From Salpingoeca rosetta (Eukaryota > Protista > Choanoflagellata), in contig JAWQFM010000031.1 of assembly GCA_033442325.1 (NCBI GenBank), forward strand, positions 190,036 to 254,035: a stretch of DNA of 64,000 nucleotides, written 5' to 3'. The notes beneath the pieces are model-generated. The model ran no database searches, was not told the DNA's origin, and saw only the letters and a program-made list of their open reading frames with translations. Of this stretch, positions 1 through 23,567 are shown piece by piece (the stretch's first letter is position 1; each line of letters opens with the position of its first letter). A program made the translations under genes and the position numbers.

Positions 1-277
1 GATATCCGACCATCAAGCACTTCAAGCGCGGCGACACAGACGGCACAGACTACAGGGTATGTGTGTGTGTGTACACGTGTGCGTGTGTCTGCATGTGTAT
101 CAGTGTTTTGCTGTGCTGTTAAACACTGGATGTTATATTCGCCCCTTCCTTCTTTTCCCTCACAAGTCCCGCCGCCGCCCTCCTTCCCTCTTCCCGACTT
201 CAATGAATGCACAGGGCGGCCGGTCTGCGGAGAGCTTTGTCAACTTTCTCCAAAACGCAAACAAAGAGGAGCTGTGA
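1..277 (+). CDS. Protein disulfide isomerase / ER thioredoxin-domain protein, 3' end (exons <1-56 and 215-277)
   Basis: Spliced translation YPTIKHFKRGDTDGTDYR|GGRSAESFVNFLQNANKEEL*. Matches the PDI thioredoxin C-terminus (GYPTIK.F...Y.GGR), ends in the ER-retention signal KEEL, and has a GT-AG intron at 57-214. Confidence 0.85.
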   Translation, partial: ISDHQALQARRHRRHRLQGMCVCVHVCVCLHVYQCFAVLLNTGCYIRPFLLFPHKSRRRPPSLFPTSMNAQGGRSAESFVNFLQNANKEEL

Positions 278-698
278 CAACAAACACACACACACGCGCG
301 GGCGCGCGCAAGCAAGCATGATGGCCATACTCCTCGTGCGTTTGTGTAATCATCGTTCAATTCATTTCATTTCACATTGCCAACATCTGTTTCCCAATCA
401 ACCCCTCAACCGACCAGAGAGTAACAAGCCAATTACACCAAGCAAGCAAGCAAGCAGCACGCCACACACACATACATGTTATCACACAACACACACACAC
501 ACACACGCTATCACAATTCAACGTGTCAACAACTCAACAGCCACAACCACATAAACAGACAAACGACAATCACAATGGCAACATCGAGTGAAGCAACCAC
601 CCAAGCCGCAACCCCGACCCAAATAAACAGCGCGCACATCAATCAAACCCAAAACCACCTTCAATCAAGCAAAGCAGAGCAGCACAAAACATGGTCCT

Positions 699-2254
699 CT
701 ACACGAGCCAGCGCACGACAACGTATGCAGCAAAGGCCGTGATGAGTTCAAGCGCACGCGCGCCGTAAGTGCCACCATGGTTCACGCTGCCAAACATTCG
801 CGTGAGGAAGGCAGGCGCAGCCATGTGCGCGGCCGACGTGTCGAGTGGTGTGTCCATCGTCGTATGCAGCGGTATGATTGTGCTGATGGTGGAACTTGGG
901 TAGTCACACTGCCGCGTGATGTGCACGGTGTACGTTGCCGAATCGCCATTTCTCTCGTACACGTGCAAGAGGTAGTGTGCCTCTGGCCCGTGGTTGGAGT
1001 GGAACACGCGCTCAACGCCACCTGTGCCCGTGCTCCTGTCAGCCACGCGCCCGTCAGGGTCGTACAGCACAACGTCGATGTTGCCGTCCGTCGACGAGAA
1101 CGAAACGTCAACGGATATGTCGCTGCCGGCGCACACGGGAATGCGGAACCAGTCCTGGTCGTCGGAGCACAGCCACGCGCTGAAGGTGTTGACCGGTGGG
1201 GCAAGGTCGTATGCACTCGAGGGGGCGTCGTTCAGCTCAAAGCGGTCGTACGCGCAAAACCCGTTCATGGAGGAGTCATACACGTGGAGGGAGTAGTTGC
1301 CCTGCGAGTCGGCCACGCCCCTCACAAGCACGTAGCACAGGCTGTCGTGGCCAGTCTGGTCCGTGTACTGCACGCCCTCCTGCCTGGTGACGGTGGCGCT
1401 TTCGTCCACAAGCATGCCGTCCGGGGTGAAGAACAGCAGGTCCAGATCACCGCGCATTACATCAATGTACATGATGATCATGATGGTGGAGTGCGCAGCA
1501 ACGGGCACGCGGTACCAGTCGAGGTCCCGTGCACAGATGGTGCCGCGCACACCACCGGGCTGTGGTGACGTCAGCTCCGATGTCAGATCGTACGCTTGCT
1601 CGTGCACGTCGTTGTCCTCGTACTTGTCGGGTGCACACGGCTCCCTGCTGCGTGGTGGCGGGTCTGGGCCCACGCGCGTGAGTGTTGGCGGTGCGCGTGT
1701 TGACGGTGGTGGTCCAGTGGACACGCTGCCCGTGAGTCGGTACTGGCCAATGGAGCCGTAGTCGCTGTTGAAGACCGCCACGTCGCCCACGCCGTCAACC
1801 TCGAGGAAGTAAACGCCTGCAGGCAACGCCGTTCGCGAGATGGAGGCCGAGGTGTCGCCGGAGGGGTTGCTGCGCACCACCATGCTCCGCCCGTCGCTGG
1901 CGTACATGGTGAGCTTGAGGTCCACGTTGTTTCCTGCCGAGCCCTCGCTGGCAAACCATGGTATGACCGTTGCCTCGATGCTGCCCGTGTCCGTCAGCTG
2001 CACCACCCACCAGTCCTTGTCCACGTGGCTGGAGATGACGCCGTCAGCAAAGAACGCGTTGCTGTCCGTGTACACCACAGAGGCCGCCGTTCCCGGGCCG
2101 TCACCCGCCTCGTCCATCGCTAAACCGGTCTGACGTGTAATGATGTCGATGTCGTCCTGCGAGTTTGTTGCGCCGGCGTAGTTTCCTCGCGACCACTGCG
2201 TCAACGCACGGCCGTCTGTTCGGGGTGATGGTTTGGGTGAGAGAAAGTTCATCG

Positions 2255-2298
<44 letters not shown>

Positions 2299-3837
2299 GT
2301 GTGTGTGTCGTGTGTGTGTGTGTGTCGTGTGTGTGTGTGTGTCTTGTGTGTGTGTCGTGTGTGTGTGTCTTTGTTTGTGCTGTTCATGAGGGGTGCTGAG
2401 AGATGCAGCAGTGAGGAAACTTACATGGTGCGCCCATGATGGGTCCTGTGGCCAAAAGAGAGAAGGGAGAAGGGAGAAGGGAGAAGGGACAAACACAAAC
2501 ACATACACACGCAAGAGAGCGACAAAACGGTGAGCAGAGTACAATGGACATGGGAGCACGCGCACATGATACAACACCAACATGAGCACAACAAACACAC
2601 AGCGTGCAGCTTTAAAAACGCGTGTCCAATTTCACTTCCGACAACAATACCCAACGAGCACACCCGCCACAACCACTGCAAGTGCATTCACTCACCCCAT
2701 GAGTTCATGGCTGTGGTGCCATCCATCCCATCGTAGTACTCGTTGTTGCCAAACCCATCGTGTCCAAGCCCGCTGTGTTGGTGAAGGTTGTGTGACCGGA
2801 GAGAAGCATGTACGTGCGAAAGTGGGTGAGAGTGAGACAATGTGCGTATGCGTGGATGGGTATGTCAACGTGCATGGAGAACAAGCGTGTGTGTACGTGC
2901 GTAGAAAAGTGTACAAACGAGCACATACCACCCCCCACTGCAAACGTGTCATCGCAACGCACACGTGCACTTCACTCACAAGTTGTGGCCAGCCTTCATG
3001 ATCGTTGGACAAAGGATTCACAAGCACATCAACGGATACAAAGGGGAGAGGGTGGTAATGTGGGTGAGCTCATGTTGCATCAAGATGATTCAAAACAGGT
3101 CGTCATCTTCACTTGATACCATGTACAAAGGCCAGCAGTAAGGCGCGACACACACACACATGCACGCACACATGCACGCACACAGCACACACACATGCAC
3201 ACTGCGTGCACAAGCGATGCTTGCACCTCATGTGAGATGGCGTCGGCGACGTGGCTTTCCGATCCAAAGTTGAGGTTGTCCCAATACACTGCAGTGCACA
3301 CGACGAACGAGGTTGGGGGAGGGTAAGACAATAAAACAAACGCGAACACGTCCACACACCCACGCACGCACACATACACACCCACGCACGCATACACGCA
3401 CATGTCCACACACACACACACGCATGCGCACGCAGGAAGAGCGTATTTCCGCAAGTGAGCAGGAAGCAGAAGAGATGACTGGGGATGCTTGTGTGTTTGT
3501 ACGTGTACATATATGCAGTTTGGTGCACACACTCTAACCAACACTACCATGACACGAACGCCTGCCGTCAACACCAACACCATGAACACAAGCTGCAGCG
3601 ATGAACGGCGTGTTCATACCGAGCGCTGGCGAATAGTACGCGATGGAGGGGGAACCAAACACGCCAATCACAGCAACGCCTGCGGTGTGCAAGGGACAGT
3701 TGAGTCAATCAGCATGAGGTCATGACAAGCGCATGTTTGTATGTGTGCGTGAGTGTGTGTGCTCATCTTGCACTTCACTGTGCAGTACCAAATGCTCAAT
3801 TTGTGTTCGCACTCAAGAGCAAAAGCGCACACACACA

Positions 3838-3886
<49 letters not shown>

Positions 3887-5333
3887 AAACACACAAACAC
3901 ACACACATGCACGCACGCATGCACGCACACACACACGTGCGTACGTACCGCCCGAGTCAGAGTATGGCATGGGCTTTCCATTTTCCTGCCTAGCAGACGT
4001 GATGACAACATGAATGGTGGTGGACGTTTGGTCCAGCGGTTCGGTCGTCACGTCCACGTCAAAGGGAGCGTAGTCCTCAGCAACGCGTGCCCACACTTGC
4101 GTAACGTGTTTCTGCTCTGCCGCATTGAAGCACGGCCCGTTGCCTGCCACGTCATACGCCTTTGCTGCAAACGCGCCCCACGTGCTGTCGATGGCACGTG
4201 CGGTGTGTCCATCAAAGTCAAGCACAATTCTGTTACGGGCGCCGCGCCGGCTATGCAGCACGGGTACCTCTGGTGATGGTGACGTGAGTTGGTGGCGTGA
4301 ATTGGGGGGAGGAGGGATGGATAGAAGCAAGGTCGCATGGGTGAGGAAGTGGCAAGGTGAAATGAAGGACGCACGAAGGACACATGAAGGACTCACGAAA
4401 GTCGCACGAAGGACGTACAGTCACAGAGAGAGAGAGAGAGAGAGCCACACAAAACACACACACACACGCACGTACACACACGCACGCACGCACACACACA
4501 CACACGCACACACACACATACACGCACACGCAAAGAAACTCACCGCACTGCTGAACTTGGAGGGATGACGACGCTTGCGAGATGTAGCGGCGACTGCGTC
4601 GGCCATCATCAACATAGCCAACACCATCAGCACCAAACCCAACACCATCAGCACCACCCGTCCAGTCTTGCGCGCCGTCAATGACATCATATGCGGCGTT
4701 CCGCCACCGCTCCCGCAAGTATCTGCGGTATCGCATGCTCTCCTCCTCCTCCTTCTGCCAGTCCTCCTGCTGCTGCTGGGAACTGTCGGCATAGCGGCGC
4801 TGACGTGGTGCCGGGTACGACTCGACAACAAACATGCTGCCGTCCTTGTTGAAACGCAGCGTGTTGCCGTTCAGGACCGGCAGGTTGAGAGCCTCGAGGT
4901 TCATGGCAGCCGCCATCTTGGCCGAGTCGGTCAGCTCCTTGAAGTCCTCAAACGCCGTTGGTGCCATATCGGCAAGGTTGTCGACCTTGAGCGGGCCGTC
5001 TGGCTTCTGCGCTGCCGACATCTGAATGGGGAGGGCGCACAACGCACCTACGGTGATGGCCACCACCATCGCCATTGCAAGCAAAAGCGACAGCACACGT
5101 TGCATGCTCGTGCGCCGGTGGCTCTGATATCGATATCGACGTCCACCACGACGCTGTTGGTCTTGCATCCGTTCATGCTGAAGACATGACGATGATGGTC
5201 GTGATTGGCGTGGTTGCTGTGGTTGCCGTGGTTGTAATGTTTGCCGTGATGGCTGTTGCCGTTGCCGTTGCTGATGGTGCTCGTGGTGATGAGGTGGTGG
5301 TGGTGGTGGTGGTGATCGGGTTGCCCGCCTCAT
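699..5333 (-). CDS. Secreted or membrane-anchored metzincin-type zinc metalloprotease with three PPC (bacterial pre-peptidase C-terminal) domains; about 8 exons
   Basis: Spliced motifs PVLHSRRGARNRIVLDFDGH, WARVAEDYAPFDVDVTTE, HE|AGHNF|GLGHDG (HExxHxxGxxH), Met-turn WGPIMGAPY and TQWSRGNY. PPC-type repeats DKYEDND..DLDWY and DRFELND..DQDWF lie in the last exon (699-2215). Hydrophobic N-terminal segment from ATG 5105 (alternative upstream ATG 5333) and hydrophobic C-terminus. Confidence 0.85.
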
Positions 5334-7425
5334 GCCGTCACTTCACGCCAGCCAAAGAAGTGGACGTGGCTCCGACAGAAGAAGCGGAGAGGTGGCACAG
5401 ACGATATGACCTGCTTGTTGCAGCTCGGCGGATGGGTGATGTCTTGTCGGGTGCAGAGGTGGTGGTGACGGCAACAGCACGACGTTGATGAAGGTGATGG
5501 GTTGGTCGGGGGGAGGGTCAACGATGATGTCCTCTTGCGTCAGACGTTGAAAGTGCTTGTAAGGAAAGGCCTCGTCCAATCCAGGTGCACGGCAGCCCGT
5601 CAACAAGATGGGAAACAAAGAAGTGCTTGGGTACCGACTTGGTTCACAGCAGCTTGTCTCGCACACACGCACACACGCACACATGCACACAGGCACACGC
5701 ACACACACACACAGGCACACGCACACACAGGCACACGCACAGTGCGGTCAGGCGGGAGGCCTTGCAGTTCGAGAGGATGTATTTCTGGTGCTGCTGCTGC
5801 CGCAGGCGCTGGGAAAGATATGAAGCGTCGCAGAAAGCACGCACGTCCACAGGCAAGCGAGTCCAGAAGAAGACGAAGGACCGGAAGGAGAAGAAGAGGC
5901 TGCGTGCACGTTCCCATAAATGAGCAGTTGCGGCGGAGTATGTGTGCGTGTTGGCGGGTTCTGCCTGCGTGCCCGTTTGCGTGCCGTGCCTGTGCTGTGT
6001 GCGTGTGCTGTGTGCGTGTTCGCCGACCGCTGAATAAAGCACCAGAGGCTGAGCAGGGGAAGGAAGGAAGATCTCCCTGCAGGCGGTGGCTCTGTGCGTG
6101 CGTGCGTGCGTGCGTGTGTGTGTTTGTGATCTGCAAACCAACCAGGATCAAGACTGCGTTGTGCGTGCCCTCCCATCACCCGGGTCATGACCCTGACACA
6201 ACCCCTCTAGCAATACGCTCATTCAAAAAAGGGGCAAACAAAGAAGGCATCATGCCATTGACGCGAGCGTGCGAGACAATGGCTCGCCGCCCATTCATCG
6301 CCACAAACAAAACGAAGGCGATCAATGCAACCATGCTGAATGACACGGCACGCTGAGTGATGAAGCAGGACGATTCATGAAAAAAAGGGGGTGGATGTGA
6401 CGGAGTGGATCATGGGGAAGCCGACTGTGGGCTGACTTGTGTGTGTGTGGGAGGAGGATGGGGAGGGAGAGCAGGGAAGGGCACGCACCAATGTGGCCAC
6501 CACGGTGCTTGTTTTAGAAACGCAAGCACACACAATCGAGGTGGAATGAATGTCGCGCAACGACACAAATAGCGCGAACCATTGTATCGAACAACAAACG
6601 AAGCGCATTGACCCGACGTGCTAACTATGTGTTGTTGTGATGTGATGTGATGTGAGCAACATCAGCTGCGTGTGTGGGTATCCAGCACACGAACCACCTC
6701 ATGTCAACAAGGTCACACACACACACACACACACACACCACCACACACCGCAAACTCCCACCAACAAAACTGGCTGTCCTTCCAGTTGCGGTTGTGGAAA
6801 ATTGTACGAAATTGTTCATAAAAGACGGGTGTGGGAACAAGATGGATGACGATGATGTGCGAACATGGTGGTGGTGTTGGTGTGCCATGGCGTGAGACAT
6901 AAGTGTGTGCCACACCACTGATCACCTCACGAACACAGCCAGTCAGTCACGTGCATGTATGTGGAAGACACGTGCAGTGCGAGTGTTGAGGCGAGGTGAG
7001 TTATTGTAGGTAGGCCGGCTGCGTGGTGCTGGGTTCAAGGCACAAAGAGTGCAAGGCGGTAGAACCAACCAGAAGAGGTGGTGGGAGAACAGCAACGCAG
7101 GAGAACAACAACGCAAAGGCGCTGATAAGGTGAAGGGTGGCTTCACATAGGCTGGGGTAACAGCAGGGCATTGAAAGCTAAAGGTAGAAGACACTGAAGG
7201 CGGTGAAGGCACTGAAGGCGGTGAAGACAGTGGAGACAGTGAAGACAGTGAAGGAGAGTTTGTTCACCGGCAAGACAAACACGCACACGAACACACGAAC
7301 ATACGCACGCACAAGCATGTACACGTATGCATAAGCCCATACACACGCGTTCAATGTCGTGATATCAATAATGACAGCAGCAAACAATGAAACACTGCAC
7401 ACATACACACGCGCGCGCGTGCGAG

Positions 7426-8013
7426 TTAAACATGCGTGTGCTCCATATCAATAGGCGTCGTGGCAAGACGCTGCAACAATTGCAGGACACGCGTGTGCTG
7501 CTGCACATCTGCTTCTTCGTCCGTCCCATTGTTGTCGTCGTTGTGCTCACATCCATTGTCAGCATGGTTGTAATTGAAAGCGCTGTCCGGGTTCCTATCA
7601 GCAGTGCTGACCTTGCGCACCTTGCCCTTGTTCACAGTGTCACAGTCACACCCACCATTGTCTCTGCCCACACCACAATGCCCACAGTGTGTAGCTATTC
7701 GAGTGCCAATATTGCTGTTGCTGCGCTTGCTGCTGCCGTTGTCCACACTGGCTTCAGCCTCGGCCTGCATGTGCTGTGTCTCATTTCCCTCACCCGCACC
7801 GGGTCCGTCATCACGTGCGCGTGTTGCACCGAGACCATCAGCGTCATCCTCTTCCCTCTGCTCCTCCTCGTCCGCCGGCACGTGCGGGTGGCGGCGCTCC
7901 TCAAGTGGCGGTGGCGTCCAGTCCGACGGCAGCGGCTGCTGGCGCGGAAACGGCCGCGTGCTCGTCCCGCCATATTCTTCCGGCAGCTGTGACGCATCGA
8001 TGAACCTGTGCGC

Positions 8014-8079
<66 letters not shown>

Positions 8080-8105
8080 CGTGTGTGTGTGTGGAAGTGT
8101 GTGTG

Positions 8106-8160
<55 letters not shown>

Positions 8161-8295
8161 AAGTGTGTGGCATAAGGGACATTGTGGGAAATAGTTCTGT
8201 CAAACCAGCAGCAGCAAGTTGCAGCCATGAATGGAAGAGGCATCAGAACGCATGGTTGTTCGCACACGCCCACCACACTTCCACTTCCACACACA

Positions 8296-8362
<67 letters not shown>

Positions 8363-8608
8363 GGTCCATGTCGATGCTCTGGCGAAAGAGTGGGATGGAG
8401 GCGGGATGTGGACGGAACGAGAGGTCCTTGAGGTCCATGATGACGACGTGCTGCGTCACGTGCGCGCCGTACTTGCGCCGTGCGCACCGCACGCTGGCCA
8501 TGACCATCTAAACATCAGTGCGGTACAACGGGCGTGAGAAAAGGACGGCAAAGCGAGATGTGCAGAAACGCATATGCACAGTGAACAGCACTCATGAGCA
8601 CCCCTACG

Positions 8609-8639
<31 letters not shown>

Positions 8640-9450
8640 GCACACACACACACAACACAACACACACAACACAACACACACAACACAACACACACATAAC
8701 CTCCATGAGTCGCGAGTGGCGCGTCATAAAGTCCTCGCGCTCAATGAGTCGGAGGAGCTTGTGTAGCCGGACGACGCCGATGCGCTCAATCACAATGGGC
8801 CTGCCAATGCGGTCGTGACCATAGTGGTCCGCGGGCGAGTGGCATTGCCACAGCAGTTCAATGGGGTCTGGTCGCAGCAAGCACGTGCGCACGTGCTCTT
8901 CCTCTCGCCATTTCAGAAACCCACGCAGCATCGCCTCCGCCTTGTCCACGTCGTAGTTGCGCGCACGCAGGAAGCGAGCGAGGTCGTAGTTGTCGCTGGT
9001 ACTAAACCGCAGCATGTGAGCCATGCTCTCTGGGCACGAACACCCGTGGATGTATTGCACGTCCTCGTGCTGACGCAGGAGTGTCATGTCCATGTCGCCT
9101 TTTGTCGAGATTTGCGGCGGCTCTCGCAGTGCACAAGCAACCTGGTCGCACAGCGCCTTTGTCAACTTGTTTGCTTCGTCGGCTTCCAGCCCGCCTTCTT
9201 CATCGTCTGGGGCGCGCCCTTGCCGTCCCACTGCTCCTGCAACCCCTGCTTGCTGCGATGGTTGTTGCTGTCCTTCTTGTTGTTGTTGTTCTTGTTGTTG
9301 TTGCTCTTGTTGTTGTTCTGCGCGTCGCCCACGCTCCTCCAGTGCCTGCACGACTTCTTTTGGCAAGGGGCTCACGCCCATGCGCTCTCGCAACTGCACC
9401 AGCGCGGTCAGCCGCTCCCGCAGGTGCGCATCCTCACTCGCCCAGTCCAT
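7426..9450 (-). CDS. SEC14/CRAL-TRIO lipid-binding protein (internal segment missing in this sequence)
   Basis: Motifs LARFLRARNYDVDKAEAML, YGHDRIGRPIVIERIG, VVIMDLKDLS, DQ|NYFP and FIDASQLPEEYGGT are typical of CRAL-TRIO proteins; GT-AG introns. Confidence 0.85.
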
Positions 9451-10229
9451 CGAGGTGTGGTGTGGAAGGGTGTTTGTGTTTGCGACGTTTGTGTTGTCCT
9501 CCGCCTTTGTCGCTCCTCAGTTCGGACGTTTGATTGGTGTCATGGAGAAATTTCAAGCCAAACACAAACACACGTCACCGTGAGCTTGTGTGGTGTCACA
9601 TGAGGTCGTACATCTCTACATCTTGTCAGTCATGTAGAGATGTAGAGATGTCGGGCACTGCTGCACTGCGCTGCAGGGATTGTTTACTTCAGTGTGTATG
9701 CGTGTGTGAGTGTGCGAGCTATGTCGATGTAACAGTTAACGTATGGAAGAGGGGAGCGGAAGCGGAATGCCAAGAGAGTCGAAGAAGGAAGTGTGAGAGA
9801 AAGGGCTGGGTGGAAGCGTGGAATTGAGCAGAAAAGCAACAAAGAGGAACAAGGAAACTCAACGGACTGTGTGCTGTGGCCGATGGCCGAGTGCTCAAAG
9901 TTCTAAAGTTGAAGCAGCTACTCTTGCTCGTGAAGCACACAGACTCAGAATTAGGGCAAAGAAAGGAATAAGAGGAAAAGGACTTCCTCAGAACTAGAAC
10001 TACAACACTTACAGGGGTGAGATGAGACAAAAAGAGGAACAAAAAGAAAAGACAAAATGTGATTGCTACACCTCTACACGGAAGACGACCTCCTCCCTTT
10101 TGAGGTGGGCTTCAGGTTGAAATGGTGCACCAAATGCAAGAAGCTGCAGCGCATCATATCGCATCACACGTGCGATCCAAGAGTACATAGAACCGTGCAA
10201 ATTGCAGCAACCGGAGAACTGAGGGCAAG

Positions 10230-11096
10230 TCAACGCACGTACAGCTCCACAAATGTCGCATCAGAATCCCGTCCAAGAAAACCGAGAACTCGTTGTTCTT
10301 CAGTCGCGAAATAGCTGTCGGGCCCAAGGGAGCCGCTGTGTCCAACATCATCAAGTGGACACGCCTGATTGTAGCGGAAGCTCCAGCCGAAACCACATGT
10401 AGGTGACTGCCCGTTCGGGTCATGGTCGCGAGGATTCAGGTACACCTTGGTATCACACCGATCGGGATTGCTTGTAATGTTCTGTTGTGTCGCAGCAAAC
10501 GACGGACAGCCTGAGGAGCAGGGTACTGGAACGCTCGCAAACAGCGACGAAAGGGACTGCTGGGCGAGCGCGTCCTCGTATGCAATCCACTCGCCAATGT
10601 CCGACACGAAGAGCAAGTCTGTTGTCTGACCGAACCAGGCCGTACCCTTGAAGTCGCCGCTGCCTTGCGCTGTCCCCACCAGTTCGTTGTTAGACCACAA
10701 AATGTAATTGCTCCACGTCCACGTATCCACGCCATCGTTGGAGAAGCGAGCTGCCAGCGTCCATGGGCGTGCATCGCCGCCAACGAGTCGCGTCTCGCAC
10801 TTGTGACCAAGAAATGCGGCGGTGTCCAGTCCAATCGAGCACGGGTGTATGGAGGAGGAACTGCCACGAGCCACATTGACGAGGGACGCCACCGTGTGTT
10901 GAAGTTCTTGCACATCCACGCCATTCACCAGCACAGGCTGGGAAGGGTCCGTGGTGTTGATGATGAGGCGACCAAAATCGTCCTCCTCCAACACGGCTTC
11001 GCCAGTGCATGTCCCAACCAACGCAGTCAGGAGCAACACAGCGAGGAGGGTCAATGTGTGCGAGGTCATGGTCCGGACAGAGGAGGGCCGTGCCAT
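10230..11096 (-). CDS. Intronless secreted protein with intelectin/fibrinogen-C-like domain
   Basis: 288-aa ORF with a signal peptide (TLTLLAVLLLTALVGTCTG). The segments WTLAARFSN..WTW...LWSN...GDFK..AW...DLLFV resemble fibrinogen-related/intelectin domains; Cys-rich C-terminus. Confidence 0.6.
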   Translation of the reverse strand: MARPSSVRTMTSHTLTLLAVLLLTALVGTCTGEAVLEEDDFGRLIINTTDPSQPVLVNGVDVQELQHTVASLVNVARGSSSSIHPCSIGLDTAAFLGHKCETRLVGGDARPWTLAARFSNDGVDTWTWSNYILWSNNELVGTAQGSGDFKGTAWFGQTTDLLFVSDIGEWIAYEDALAQQSLSSLFASVPVPCSSGCPSFAATQQNITSNPDRCDTKVYLNPRDHDPNGQSPTCGFGWSFRYNQACPLDDVGHSGSLGPDSYFATEEQRVLGFLGRDSDATFVELYVR

Positions 11097-11945
11097 TTTG
11101 GCTGTGGTCTTGACGTGGTGCTGGTGTGATTTCTGACAAGTCAAAAATTACGTGAAGGAGTGTGCGAGGGTCTTCCGAGCTCCAGACCCATGAGATACCT
11201 GAAGTCAGTTGACAGTTCGACTTTGTCACATTTGTACCTGGTCCTCTCAGGTCCTCGGCGACCGAATCAAATGTATCAATTCCTTGTTCGCAGCCCTCTC
11301 TCTCTCTCTCTCTCTCTTGTTCGCCTTGCTCTTTCGCTTCGCCTTCTCTCTGCTGCCGCTCGCAGCCCTAGTCAGTTCGGTCCCTTAAGCGTGTGTATTG
11401 GCTGGTGTCTTTTCAGCAGCCACAACAAATTGATGATGATAGCGGACGCACAAATAAGTGAAGCAAACATGCAGCAAAGTGAACAGAAAGGCGTGAAGGA
11501 AATGAAAACGATGCAGTTCACGACTTGACACAGAAAGCAAAGCATACAAAACTACATCATCACAGAAGGATGGTCTCATGTGCAAACGTGCGTGGCACGA
11601 GAGTGAGTGTGTACAAAACGCAACACAAAGCAAGGGCCTCAAAAAGGCGTAACATAATGTAACACACAAGAGCTCCAGCACACAAGCATAAACGAGCGAG
11701 AGGAAAGCAAGAGCCACGAACGCCTGTGCAATGCAATGCACGGAAAAGGCAAAAGTAAAAATAAAGAAAGCAGATGAGAACACATGGTCGTGATCATGTC
11801 ACGTCTGGTCACGGACTCAGTATGTACAATGATGTCACGCATGGAGGACATTAATTGCAGTGCGCAACAAGTCCCAAACCAAAGGACACGCTCTCTTGGC
11901 CCCGCTCTCACCGCTTTTTCACCTCTCTCCACCTTCCCTCGTCAA

Positions 11946-11998
<53 letters not shown>

Positions 11999-12010
11999 CA
12001 CACAGAGAGT

Positions 12011-20048
<8,038 letters not shown>

Positions 20049-20666
20049 GATGCTGCTCACTCTGGGCGTACCAGCGTCTGGGCTGCGCTGCGTTTCACCA
20101 ACAACTCCACTGCGGTGCCGCACTCGCGCACAGAACTCACTCCAAGCGTCACTGCACTGCTGGTGTCGTGTGTTTTGTGCGCATGCACTCAGCCCCTTTG
20201 CTTTTGTTGCTGCTGTTGTTGTTGTTCGCCACCGCCTTCGCGACCTTCAACGGGTGGCGAAAATTTCGAAACAATGCCTCTCACTTTTCTTTGATTTCAT
20301 GCACAGCTAACACGGTGTTTTTGAGGAGGAGCTTCAAGGATGGGCGGAGTGGAGTGGAGTGCTTGGAGGAGGAGGAGGAAGAAGCAAAGATGCCGAAGAA
20401 GGGAAGATGCGCGGGTGAACGACTGCAGGACTGCTTGCTGTTGGTCTGTTGGTGAACGTGACACACTGGTCCACTGCATGGTTAGGGAGGGAGGGAGGGA
20501 TAAGCAACAGAACAAGGGTGGCTGGGGTGGGGAGGAGAGATGAATGCAAAGGCACAGACCAGCAGCAGTCCGCACAAGAGAGAAAAAGAGAAGAGAACAA
20601 CGGAACAAACAGGACCAGGCAATCCTCTCGCTCTTTGCGCTCTCGTGTGTTCCTTCCTTCAGTCCT

Positions 20667-23567
<2,901 letters not shown>

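Noticed and set aside
699-2215. Bacterial contamination or chimeric contig (bacterial-like PPC ORF)
   Set aside because: It is joined in phase to upstream exons by GT-AG introns carrying the host's typical repeats.
5343-6356. ORFs upstream of the metalloprotease (127 aa, 284 aa)
   Set aside because: No recognisable domain and partly repeat-derived; more likely UTR or intergenic sequence.
7190-7254. 9-bp tandem repeat ((A/G)CA(G/C)TGAAG-like)
   Set aside because: Short degenerate repeat downstream of SEC14 with no evidence of function.
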